From Candidatus Poribacteria bacterium (GTDB taxonomy: Bacteria > Poribacteria > WGA-4E > PCPOR2b): DNA of 64,000 nucleotides. Location: the NCBI GenBank assembly GCA_965208325.1, contig OZ242326.1, forward strand, positions 224,001 to 288,000, read 5' to 3'. This document shows, piece after piece, positions 18,883-28,434 of this stretch. The notes below the pieces were generated by a model. The model made no database searches, was not told where the DNA came from, and saw only the letters and a list, made by a program, of their open reading frames with translations. A program made the translations under genes and the position numbers. How positions within the stretch are numbered: position 1 is the stretch's first letter; every line of letters starts with the position of its first letter.

Positions 18883-20664
18883 CTAAAACACATGACCGAT
18901 TCCGTAGGTGATTACGGGCTTGAGCGAGAATTTCCCGGTAATGTCCAGAGGGTAGGCCAAATCCAATCGATATACGCGAGATTCGGTCAATTTGGGAAGG
19001 CTAAACCTTAATCCAAAACCGATGCTCCGCTTTGACGCCCGAAGGTTGAACGCTGCTCCATTCCAGACGTACCCTACATCTGCAAAGATAGCCGATCCAA
19101 GCACAATCAGCGGCTCCACCTTTTTGAAAATTCCGCCTCTAAAGATTGTTCTGCTTTCGAGATTCAGTAGCATTTTTTTCTCTCCGCTAAACGCCCAACT
19201 GCTATAGCCGCGCAGCCCGCTCGTCCCGCCGAGAATCACCTGCCGTCGCCCGCCAAGGTCGAATCCCATCACTGTTGAGATTTGCGCGACAAGCGTCTGA
19301 TACAGCAAATCCTTGCATGTCGTTTTAATTTTCGCCGTGAGAACCGAGTCGCCAAGCTGTTCTGTCAATCGCGTTGCAAATTCAGTATGCGCATTCAGAA
19401 AAAGGAAATCTTGATGCGCATGAGATTGCGCGAGTCTCACACTTAAGTTTGTCTGTGTCCGATCCGAATCGAATAGTCGCGAGGCATGACCAATCGAAAC
19501 ACCGTACCTATATCCGACTTCAAAATCTTCGACGCGTCCCATCTGATTCAGGAAACGGGTGCGAATAAAATCAACATGCCTCCGTCCTAACGTTATCCCT
19601 ACGATTTTTAAATTGCGATTCTCAAAATTGGCATCAGATTGTGCAATTTTCTCAATTAGATTAAAGTCGGATTTCTGAGAGGATGCCCAGAGGGAAACCT
19701 GCGTTTGCTTGTGACGGCTGCCAAAGTAATGCGTGGCTCTGGCGGAATGGATTTGCTGGCTGCGTGTATAGGTGTCAGTTTTTTTGCCGTTCTCATACCA
19801 CCGAATTTCATCAATGGACTCGGATAACGTAAAATCAGCGCTCCATCGGGTTTTCAGGGAGTATTGCGGGCGCCGCAACCGAACCTGCCACGAATCCCCT
19901 TCCCGTTTCTGCGTAAATTGTCCATCAAATTCCCAGTAAGAATCGAACATGCGCGATGCTGTATAACGGCTTCTGATTAAACTGCGCGGCTCTTCCCCTT
20001 CCTCGCGGATGAGCTGGTAACGAATCCGTCCCCTATTCCCGGATCCGAACAAGTTTGAATCCGAAAGCATGATTAACAAGTTGGAACTATCTTTGTTAAA
20101 TGCGGGTAAATCTAACGCGGGTATAAATGACCATAAATCGGCGACTTCAACTTGAATCCGGACAAGCTGCGTTTCCGAATCTCGGCTGGCTACAATCTCG
20201 GCTTTTCCTAGATACGGCTTTCGGCGAAGGATACGCTCACTTTCCAATTCATCCTCCACCGTGTACGTATCGCCGACCTGGAAGAGAAGTTCTCGTTGAA
20301 TCACGTGATCGTTCGATCGAGTGTTCCCCGTCACGGTAATTTTCCCGATTTTACCTTCGTCAATGGGAATACGTAGGTAAACACCATCAGAGAACCGTTT
20401 GATCGCTACCTGTTCTTCATCAATGCGTGCGAATTGAAATCCATTACTCTGATAAAACACCACAATCTGTTCGAGGTCTTGCTTTAGATTTCCCGCGTCG
20501 TAATCCGCCCCGATTTGGCTGTGCATCACATCACTAATCTGATCCTCTGTATACGCCTCATTCCCGACAAGGACAATATTGCGGATGAGATCGGAATTTG
20601 CATGTATGGATTTGGGAAGCACAGCGGTTATGACAATTAGTGCGAGAAGTTCAAATAGCTTCAT
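18883..20664 (-). CDS. Omp85 (BamA/TamA-like) outer-membrane protein with two POTRA domains
   Basis: IVLVGN and ITVTGNTRSNDHVIQRELLF POTRAs, LRGY lid motif, FADVGYVW, SIGFGLRF, C-terminal F; signal-like MKLFELLAL start. Confidence 0.85.
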   Translation of the reverse strand: MKLFELLALIVITAVLPKSIHANSDLIRNIVLVGNEAYTEDQISDVMHSQIGADYDAGNLKQDLEQIVVFYQSNGFQFARIDEEQVAIKRFSDGVYLRIPIDEGKIGKITVTGNTRSNDHVIQRELLFQVGDTYTVEDELESERILRRKPYLGKAEIVASRDSETQLVRIQVEVADLWSFIPALDLPAFNKDSSNLLIMLSDSNLFGSGNRGRIRYQLIREEGEEPRSLIRSRYTASRMFDSYWEFDGQFTQKREGDSWQVRLRRPQYSLKTRWSADFTLSESIDEIRWYENGKKTDTYTRSQQIHSARATHYFGSRHKQTQVSLWASSQKSDFNLIEKIAQSDANFENRNLKIVGITLGRRHVDFIRTRFLNQMGRVEDFEVGYRYGVSIGHASRLFDSDRTQTNLSVRLAQSHAHQDFLFLNAHTEFATRLTEQLGDSVLTAKIKTTCKDLLYQTLVAQISTVMGFDLGGRRQVILGGTSGLRGYSSWAFSGEKKMLLNLESRTIFRGGIFKKVEPLIVLGSAIFADVGYVWNGAAFNLRASKRSIGFGLRFSLPKLTESRVYRLDLAYPLDITGKFSLKPVITYGIGHVF

Positions 20665-20701
20665 CGGCGAGTTTAATCGTGAATTGACGCACCGCGCAAT
20701 C

Positions 20702-22837
20702 CTAGATTCTACTAGAGGTTTGTCTGGCTTGAACAGTGTCATCGGGGATTGCACGTTTGTGATTGGATAGGATGGTTTCAACCAACATGAGAACAAGGGC
20801 GATTAGCAGCAGTTCACCCCAAATCTCCTTACCGACTCGATAGTCTTTGAGCGTTTGCCTCAACGACTCTTGGGTTACCGAGATGTCTCCCATGGCACCA
20901 ATTCTTTTGGATGCATCGTGAATCGGTATCTGCCGAAGACGCGATTCTGTTGGATCGACGTTGACCGCAAAAAAATCACGTATCCGCCTATTGTTGCCCT
21001 CGATTTCAACCTGATAAATCCCTGGCGTATCCGTACCGCCAAAAATCACCGTTCCATCTTCCGCAATTGGTACCGGCGTGGTTTTCGTTTCACCTGCATG
21101 TCCCACTGAAGCAGTCGCCGCAACCCCTTGCCGGTAACCTGCTGCGAAAGGTTGCCCGACAAGCAGAGATTTGTGCCGGGCCGATTGAACCGCCTTCGCG
21201 TAAAGCACAGTTTGCTGTAACAACGGCAAAAATAGGGGATTGACAAGCAAAGTTGAAGCTTTTCTGTCGGTTGCCGAAACATTAAACAGCAGTGCAGTCC
21301 CTAACGCAATTGGGCGTTCGATAAGAAAAGGTGTCGCATCGCTGAATTGTGCGATCACTTTCCCTTGTTCGCTAGGCTGTAGCGTCAAACCGCTAATAAA
21401 CTGTGGGGCGTATTCGCCGGAAAAGTCGCTTGGTTGATAAACTTCAACAATCGCGTGATCCAAATGGCTTCCAGATACCGTTAGCGGAGTGTCCCACCGG
21501 CGCGGCGGACCAAAACTTGCTGGAAGCCAGTCAGCAAACTCATTGTAGGTCGTTAGGTCGAGATCGGCATTGACAAAAATGATTACACTCTTTCCAGCAC
21601 GCATGAACGATTGGAGCTGCTGCCGCGCAGACGGTGAAAGCGTAGGCAAGTCCGCTAAAATTAGAACATCATAGTCGTCTAGCGGGTAATCGTCAAACGC
21701 CGTAACTGAACAACTTGCGGGCAGAATCGTATAATCCACACCTGGTTTGAGTTGGGCTTCGGGATTCAATGCAAGGGTTAAATATAGTGTCTCATCGCCC
21801 ACGCAAAGCACACGAATTTGACCGTAGGCGCAAAGCGTAAAATAGCGGCGATTATCGGCGGTCAATCGATCCGCCGACAATTCAACATAACCCGTGTGGG
21901 TACTAGGAGATTTAAAACGATGCGTAAAGGCCGCTTTGGTCGACTGATGTAATGCCGATTCAGATTGATCGCTTTGAGTAATCTTCAAGTCGGGAACAAT
22001 GGATTGCCGCTTTTCGCCGTTAACAAATAGCGTTAAAACCGTTTCCGGCAACGACCCGTCAGAATGAACGCCGACTTTAGTGTTCAGTTGAAACGGGCGA
22101 TTTACACCAATTAGTTGGGTAGATTCGCCAAGTTCTTCAATACTAATGTTATCTCCAGCTTCCTCCCCGACGGGAAGTAGAAAAATCCGCGCACCTGATC
22201 GATTGGGCGCGCGAACCCAGTTATCCCAGCCATTCTGATTAAAATCGGAAATGAGGTAAATCTCCTTATTCCGATCGATTGACTTTTCGAGAATATCATG
22301 CGCCATTTCGATGCTGGACGGTACGTACGTCGAGCGAAACGAAACCTGTGCTTCGTCAATGGCGGACATCACCTGTTCAAGATCTTTTGTTAATTGCCGG
22401 AATATTGGGTTGGGAATGTCAGACATCAATATGAGAGCTGCACTGTCGCCGCGTGGGAGCAATTGGACAACTTCGCGCGCCATCGCCCTCGCCGTTTCAA
22501 ACCGTTCTCCCTGAATGCCTTTATACCCCATGCTATAAGAGTTATCCAGTATGATGACGTTGCTTGCGTTCGCTCTGGCGTCCGCGAGGAGAAACGGACT
22601 CTTGAGCAATGGCCGAGCCAGTGCGAGAGCAATAAGAATGATTATCGCCATGCGGAGAAACAGAATCAATAGATGTTTAAGCTGAATACGCCGAACGCTT
22701 TGTCGATGCGCGGCCAACAAAAACATCAAGCTGCTAAAATCCACTGTCTTTGCTTGTCGGCGGCTCCACAAATGGATAATCAGCGGCACGGCAGCAGCAA
22801 GCATTCCAAGCAGAAAAATCGGGTTAAGAAATCCCAC
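20702..22837 (-). CDS. BatA N-terminal plus VWA domain membrane protein
   Basis: FLNP..L...PLIIHLW BatA motif, LARP, MIDAS DNSYSM, C-terminal FAVNVDPTES and EIWGELL TM. Confidence 0.9.
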   Translation of the reverse strand: MGFLNPIFLLGMLAAAVPLIIHLWSRRQAKTVDFSSLMFLLAAHRQSVRRIQLKHLLILFLRMAIIILIALALARPLLKSPFLLADARANASNVIILDNSYSMGYKGIQGERFETARAMAREVVQLLPRGDSAALILMSDIPNPIFRQLTKDLEQVMSAIDEAQVSFRSTYVPSSIEMAHDILEKSIDRNKEIYLISDFNQNGWDNWVRAPNRSGARIFLLPVGEEAGDNISIEELGESTQLIGVNRPFQLNTKVGVHSDGSLPETVLTLFVNGEKRQSIVPDLKITQSDQSESALHQSTKAAFTHRFKSPSTHTGYVELSADRLTADNRRYFTLCAYGQIRVLCVGDETLYLTLALNPEAQLKPGVDYTILPASCSVTAFDDYPLDDYDVLILADLPTLSPSARQQLQSFMRAGKSVIIFVNADLDLTTYNEFADWLPASFGPPRRWDTPLTVSGSHLDHAIVEVYQPSDFSGEYAPQFISGLTLQPSEQGKVIAQFSDATPFLIERPIALGTALLFNVSATDRKASTLLVNPLFLPLLQQTVLYAKAVQSARHKSLLVGQPFAAGYRQGVAATASVGHAGETKTTPVPIAEDGTVIFGGTDTPGIYQVEIEGNNRRIRDFFAVNVDPTESRLRQIPIHDASKRIGAMGDISVTQESLRQTLKDYRVGKEIWGELLLIALVLMLVETILSNHKRAIPDDTVQARQTSSRI

Positions 22838-23272
22838 AGTTTCTCTCTTCTCTATGAATTACGGCGATTAAACCAAAATGCGCCTAACCTAAAATTATAG
22901 TTTAAACACTGAACAAAGTTCAAGGCGAAAATAGGGGCCAATTCGCCGACTAAATGGGACCGAAAGACAGTGGCAACAGACGATTGGGGATTCAAAATAG
23001 GCGGCGATCCGCCGCATTCTACCGCTGGCGGTTCAGCGAGAGCTGAATGACTGTATTTTGTTGTTGCGTCTGCACGCCGTTTATGATATATTGTGAATTA
23101 TCTGCGTTTGTGCCGTGTAGCATTGCCGGTTAGAATTTTGAAAAAAGATTCGTCACTGAAGTAAATGAGAGGCAAACGATTTAATTGATTTTATTCACGA
23201 TGCAGGAACTACGTAGTGGTTCGCAAAAAAGGGCAAGACATTAAGGAAGTTGAAATCCGAAAGGAGTTCGCG

Positions 23273-24289
23273 ATGCGGATGAAATACACAACGGCCCTGT
23301 ACATGGTAACGCTCATCTCTGCAGCGTTATTTAACGGAATGATGCTAAGCGAAGTGCTTGCAGAGGCGCCCAAGGATGAACTGATTGCTTTCTCGACAAA
23401 TCCGGTTCAGGAGAGTGGAATCTGGTTGATGGATCCTGATGGTAAGAACCAACGCGCACTTCTAGTAATAGAGGGGAAGCCAGTGCCGCTCGGGTTGGTT
23501 TGGTCACTAGACGGAACCCGAATTGCATTTCACACCGAAATAAATGAAAACATCGATGTTTATGTAGTTGATGCTAATGGTCAAAATCTTTTGCAGCTCA
23601 CCAACCATGAGGCGGAAGATAGCTGGCCCACATGGCATCCGGGCGGTCAGAAACTCGCCTTTTGCACCAACCGCGATGGTAATTATGAAATTTATGCGGT
23701 CACATTGGCTGGACAAGGATTGGTCAACCTCACCAACGACCCCGTTAGGGACAGAGAGCCGGCATGGTCCCCGGATGGCCGAAAGATTGCCTTCGCTTCC
23801 AAGCGAGGCAAGAGCCTAGGAGATATCTGGGTGATGGACAATCATGGCGGCAACCTTCAAAATCTTACAAATGTCCGTGGTCAAGACTTACAACCTAGAT
23901 GGTCGACAGACGGTGAGAAGGTTGGGTGGACCTCGCGTCGTGACGGCTCGGAGGAGATTTGGGCAATGGACGCAGACGGCGCCAACGAGTTGAAAGTCAG
24001 CAGCAAGCAAGACCCAAATCCCGGCGGCAGTTTCGACTGTTCAGAGCCAAGTTGGAAACCCAACGGTAAAGAGATTGCGTCAACCGCGCTAGGCGGGGGT
24101 AGTGCAACTATCCGCATTCACGCTGCGAACGGTAGTCTACAGCGGTTAGACCTTACACGCCAGGGCAGGCAAAACCGTTCTCCCGCGTGGTTTGACCCAG
24201 ACTTCGCTATAGTGGAATTTTCAGTATCTCCAGCCGAGAAACAGGTTTTAACCTGGGGTTGGCTCAAGCGGATGGGGCAGGAAAATTGA
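23273..24289 (+). CDS. Secreted TolB-like PD40 beta-propeller, paralog 1
   Basis: Signal peptide, repeated P.WSPDG.KIAF, C-terminal SVSPAEKQVLTWGWLK; AAGGAG RBS. Confidence 0.9.
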   Translation: MRMKYTTALYMVTLISAALFNGMMLSEVLAEAPKDELIAFSTNPVQESGIWLMDPDGKNQRALLVIEGKPVPLGLVWSLDGTRIAFHTEINENIDVYVVDANGQNLLQLTNHEAEDSWPTWHPGGQKLAFCTNRDGNYEIYAVTLAGQGLVNLTNDPVRDREPAWSPDGRKIAFASKRGKSLGDIWVMDNHGGNLQNLTNVRGQDLQPRWSTDGEKVGWTSRRDGSEEIWAMDADGANELKVSSKQDPNPGGSFDCSEPSWKPNGKEIASTALGGGSATIRIHAANGSLQRLDLTRQGRQNRSPAWFDPDFAIVEFSVSPAEKQVLTWGWLKRMGQEN

Positions 24290-24365
24290 AACGCTCCTAT
24301 CCACTCAGTTTTCGGCCTCCTCCTTATCGAAACTCGCTTCATGACGCCAAGCAATGAGGCGGTCT

Positions 24366-25415
24366 ATGCGATTTAAAAACACGTTGTCCATTCACATGAC
24401 AGTGTTCGCTGTTGTTTTTCTTGCCAGCTTTTTCACGATGGTCGTCGCATTTGCGCAAGCACCCGATAGGGCAACTATTGCATTCTCCACCAACGACGAA
24501 GCCCAAGGCGGCATCTGGTTGGTAGACATTGATGTGCGCGGTGGACAGGGAAAAGGCGATGTCCATGTCCAAAATCAGCGCGTTCTTCTGGCAATTGATG
24601 GAAACCCCATTCCATTGGGTTTGGTGTGGTCGCCGGAAGGGCGAAGAATTGCCTTCCATACGCAGATTGATGAAAATATTGATGTTTATGCGGTCGACAG
24701 CGATGGACAAAACCTGCGTCGACTCACCGACCATGAGGCGGAAGATAGTTGGCCGAGTTGGCATCCGGGCGGTGAAAAAATTGCTTTCTGCACAAACCGA
24801 GATGGGAATTTCGAAATCTACGTGATGTCGTCAACTGGGCAGGGGTTATTCAATCTCACCAACGACCCCGCCAAGGATAGGGAACCCGACTGGTCGCGAA
24901 ATGGACGCCTAATTGCATTTGCTTCCAAGCGCGGAAAAAGCTTGGGGGACATATGGGTGATGGATAGCAGCGGTGGAAACCTGAAAAATATAACGAATGT
25001 CCGCGGTGAAGATATGCAGCCTAGGTGGTCGTGGGACGGTCAGAAAATTGCTTGGACATCTCGCCGAAACGGGAACGATGAAATTATGACGATGGACGCC
25101 GCAGACGGCGGCAATCTACTAAAGATTAGCGATCTCAAGGATGCGAGATCGCAGGGGCGACCCAATCGGGAACCGAGCTGGAAACCCGACGGCAGGGCAA
25201 TCGCCGCGCCTGCCCTTGGCGGCGGCAAGTCGTTCATCATGATTCATCCGGCAGATGGGAGTTTGCAATGGCAGGACCTTCCCGCTGTGGGCATTCAAAA
25301 CCGTTCCCCGACATGGTTCGATCCTGAGTATGTTATAGAAGAATTCTCCGTATCCCCCGCCGAGAAACAAGTCTCAACATGGGGTCGGATTAAACAGGCG
25401 GTACAAAACAATTAA
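24366..25415 (+). CDS. Secreted TolB-like PD40 beta-propeller, paralog 2
   Basis: Same repeats; C-terminal SVSPAEKQVSTWGRIK. Confidence 0.9.
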   Translation: MRFKNTLSIHMTVFAVVFLASFFTMVVAFAQAPDRATIAFSTNDEAQGGIWLVDIDVRGGQGKGDVHVQNQRVLLAIDGNPIPLGLVWSPEGRRIAFHTQIDENIDVYAVDSDGQNLRRLTDHEAEDSWPSWHPGGEKIAFCTNRDGNFEIYVMSSTGQGLFNLTNDPAKDREPDWSRNGRLIAFASKRGKSLGDIWVMDSSGGNLKNITNVRGEDMQPRWSWDGQKIAWTSRRNGNDEIMTMDAADGGNLLKISDLKDARSQGRPNREPSWKPDGRAIAAPALGGGKSFIMIHPADGSLQWQDLPAVGIQNRSPTWFDPEYVIEEFSVSPAEKQVSTWGRIKQAVQNN

Positions 25416-25495
25416 CGTATCTCTCGTCATGAATGTACCTGAAAACCCTGGTCTCCAATCCGCTTAAAGGCTTGGAGCTCGAAAGGAGATGAGCT

Positions 25496-26476
25496 ATGCG
25501 CGTGGTTAAATTTGTCGCTTTCGTGCTCCTTAGCGGCATGTTAGCAAGCGTGGAGTCGGCAGAAGCACCCAAAGAAGAGACGATGGCGTTTTCCACCAAT
25601 CACGTTGGGGAAGCCGGCATCTGGTTAATGGATCCTGACGGGGGTAACCAACGCCCGCTTCTGGTAATAGGAGGCAACCCAATACCGCTGGGTATAGTGT
25701 GGTCTTCTGACGGCAGCAAAATTGCCTTCCATACAGAAATAAATAAAAATATAGACATCTATGTGGTTAATGCCGACGGGCAAAATCTTCGGCAACTCAC
25801 CGACCATGAGGCAGAGGATAGTTGGCCAACCTGGCACCCCGCCGGTCAAAAACTTGCCTTTTGCACCAACCGAGATGGGAATTTTGAAATCTATTCGGTC
25901 ACGTTGATCGGGCAGGCATTGAATAACCTCACCAATGATGCGGTTAAGGACAGGGAACCGGCGTGGTCCCCAGACGGTCGTCAGATTGCTTTCGCTTCGA
26001 AGCGAGGCAAAAGCCTTGGGGATATATGGGTCATGGATAACAGTGGCGGAAACCTGAAAAACCTTACAGACGTTCGCGGGCAGGACACAGAACCTAGATG
26101 GTCATGGGACGGTCAGAAAATAGGGTGGACCTCCCGACGAAATGGAAACGACGAAATCTGGATTATGGACAGTGCTGATGGCGGAAATCTGTTGCAAATT
26201 TCGGACGTCAAGGATAATAGCGACCCGAATCGGGAACCAACCTGGAAACCGGATGGGAAAAAAATCGCTTCGCCGGCGCTGGGAGGTGGCTCCGCGACTA
26301 TTCGCGTACACCCGACAGACGGTAGTCTAAAGTGGAATAACCTCCAACGCGTCGGCACGCAAAATCGTTCCCCAGCTTGGTTTGACCCGGACTTTGTTGA
26401 AGAATTTGCCGTATTCCCCGCCGATAAAAAAGTTTTGACTTGGGGTTGGCTAAAACAGGCCGGAACGGAAAATTGA
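25496..26476 (+). CDS. Secreted TolB-like PD40 beta-propeller, paralog 3
   Basis: Same repeats; C-terminal AVFPADKKVLTWGWLK; AAGGAG RBS. Confidence 0.9.
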   Translation: MRVVKFVAFVLLSGMLASVESAEAPKEETMAFSTNHVGEAGIWLMDPDGGNQRPLLVIGGNPIPLGIVWSSDGSKIAFHTEINKNIDIYVVNADGQNLRQLTDHEAEDSWPTWHPAGQKLAFCTNRDGNFEIYSVTLIGQALNNLTNDAVKDREPAWSPDGRQIAFASKRGKSLGDIWVMDNSGGNLKNLTDVRGQDTEPRWSWDGQKIGWTSRRNGNDEIWIMDSADGGNLLQISDVKDNSDPNREPTWKPDGKKIASPALGGGSATIRVHPTDGSLKWNNLQRVGTQNRSPAWFDPDFVEEFAVFPADKKVLTWGWLKQAGTEN

Positions 26477-26659
26477 GTCGTATTTCGCAGCTAATTTAAT
26501 CAGTCAATGTTTGGTCTGCTGACACCAACGTGCCGCGATGATTCACCATGCGCGCGATCTGTCGTTATGTGGATTGAAAAGCCGTCGGCAGCTTAACGCT
26601 TGTCTTGAACTCGTTTCGAAATCGGTTAATGAGGTTGATTCCACAGAAAGAGGCTGAAC

Positions 26660-27391
26660 GTGCAAATTCTCCATCTTGAAGCGGGGACTCCGTTCAAAAT
26701 GGGAAAGGGGCAAAACTGGCGCGTCGTACATCCAGACATGGGTGCAAAACAATTGACGCTAAATCACGGCGTGCACGCACCAGGGCAAGAATTTACACAA
26801 CATTTCCACGACAATTCTGAGGATATGATTGTAGTTCTTGAAGGCGGAAGCAGCGTGCGCCAGGGAGATGTCTACACACCCGTTTCTGCCCGAGAAGCTA
26901 TTTTTGTTCCGGTAGGCGAGGTTCACGGCACAGTCAACGATACGGGCAAAATGGCGCGCCTCATCAGTTTCCAATCTCCGCCGGACATGGCGCTATACCG
27001 CGGGGAACGTGATCACGCACCCAATCAAATCCCTACACCCAAACACGGCCACCAAAGCGCCGTGCAGGTTGTCGACATGGCGCGGAGCGGGCCAGTTTTT
27101 GGAAAATCGGGCGACTGGCGTTGTGTAATCTCGCCAGAGCGAGGATCGAAACACATCTCGCTTGAGTATATACGGCTGTCTTCGGGTGAAGGATTTGAAC
27201 ACGAACAAGGTGCCGCAGAAGCTATTTATGTGCTGGTTGATGGCAAAGCTGAAGTCAAAGCCGGCCGCCAGACATGGAACTTGGCGGCGAAAGATGTTAT
27301 GTTTCTCAAACCGGAAGAATCTTGCTCGATTTCACCGGTTATAGGCGGTCAGTTGCTTACATTGTTGCATTGTCGGGCTGTCGGTGGGTAG
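26660..27391 (+). CDS. Bicupin protein
   Basis: QHFHDNSED...GEVHG metal site in domain 1; degenerate second cupin. Confidence 0.82.
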   Translation: MQILHLEAGTPFKMGKGQNWRVVHPDMGAKQLTLNHGVHAPGQEFTQHFHDNSEDMIVVLEGGSSVRQGDVYTPVSAREAIFVPVGEVHGTVNDTGKMARLISFQSPPDMALYRGERDHAPNQIPTPKHGHQSAVQVVDMARSGPVFGKSGDWRCVISPERGSKHISLEYIRLSSGEGFEHEQGAAEAIYVLVDGKAEVKAGRQTWNLAAKDVMFLKPEESCSISPVIGGQLLTLLHCRAVGG

Positions 27392-27512
27392 TATTGCGTA
27401 GAAAAGCCGAAATTTTGTGGCAAAATTTGCTTACGACCGTGATTTGACATTGCGCCTGAACGAAAACGAGTAGCATTCAGTGGTGCTGATAACAAAAAAG
27501 GAGAAATCCAAA

Positions 27513-28277
27513 ATGCTGACAGAAAAACAGGTGGAGGCTTATAAACGGGATGGCCATGTCAAAGTTGAGGGTGTTTTTACTCCGGAGGAGATTGAAGAAC
27601 TCAAGAGCGAGATGATTCGGATTATTGAGGAGTGGGGTGAAGAAACCATCGGATGGCACGGTCCGTGGCGTGACCGCTATTTGCCCGAAGATGAACGCCA
27701 GAACACTAGGGCTGTTCTTCTTCATAGACCCCATTATTATTCATCGGCTTGGGGGCGTGTCCTCTTTCACCAGCGTTTAATTGGCTGCGTTCAAGCATTA
27801 ATCGGTCCCAATGTCCAGTGGCATCACACATGTCTGCATGCGAAACCGCCGGAGTTGGGTACCCCGTTCCCAATGCACCAAGATTACCCCTTTTACCCGC
27901 ATGACGGTCCAGACTTCGTGGATTGCCTAGTTCACCTTGATGACACACCGCTCGAAAGCGGCTGTCTTCGAGTGGTTCCGGGCAGTCATAAGCACGGTCC
28001 GTTGGAACACATCACAGGGTCGCATACCTCACCCCATCTCCCGCCCGAAAAATACCATCCGGACTGGGTAGACTCGGTCGCTGTTCCCGCAAAGTCCGGT
28101 GACGTGATTTTCTTTAGTTACTATACGATTCACTGGTCCGACGTCAATCGGACGCACGAATGGCGAAAGTCGGTGCGATTCGGCTATCACGCGCCCGAGA
28201 TGCGCCCGGTCGGTAGTGATCCGAGCCAACCTTACGAAAATATCATCACCGGCGGCTTTAAGGAACATAAAGCGTGA
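27513..28277 (+). CDS. PhyH-family Fe(II)/2OG dioxygenase
   Basis: MHQD...GCLRVVPGSHK...IHWS..N....R triad. Confidence 0.93.
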   Translation: MLTEKQVEAYKRDGHVKVEGVFTPEEIEELKSEMIRIIEEWGEETIGWHGPWRDRYLPEDERQNTRAVLLHRPHYYSSAWGRVLFHQRLIGCVQALIGPNVQWHHTCLHAKPPELGTPFPMHQDYPFYPHDGPDFVDCLVHLDDTPLESGCLRVVPGSHKHGPLEHITGSHTSPHLPPEKYHPDWVDSVAVPAKSGDVIFFSYYTIHWSDVNRTHEWRKSVRFGYHAPEMRPVGSDPSQPYENIITGGFKEHKA

Positions 28278-28434
28278 GTCGAAACGGCGCAAAGCCGTTT
28301 ATTCGCTGCCCACCACCCGCCGTCAGTCCTTATCAAAGTGACGTTTCCTTTCTGTTTGACGCGCGGCAGCGCTCCCCGTTGATCGTTCGGTCGAATAAAG
28401 TTACCCACGGCGTGGAATACTGAGTCGAAATCCA

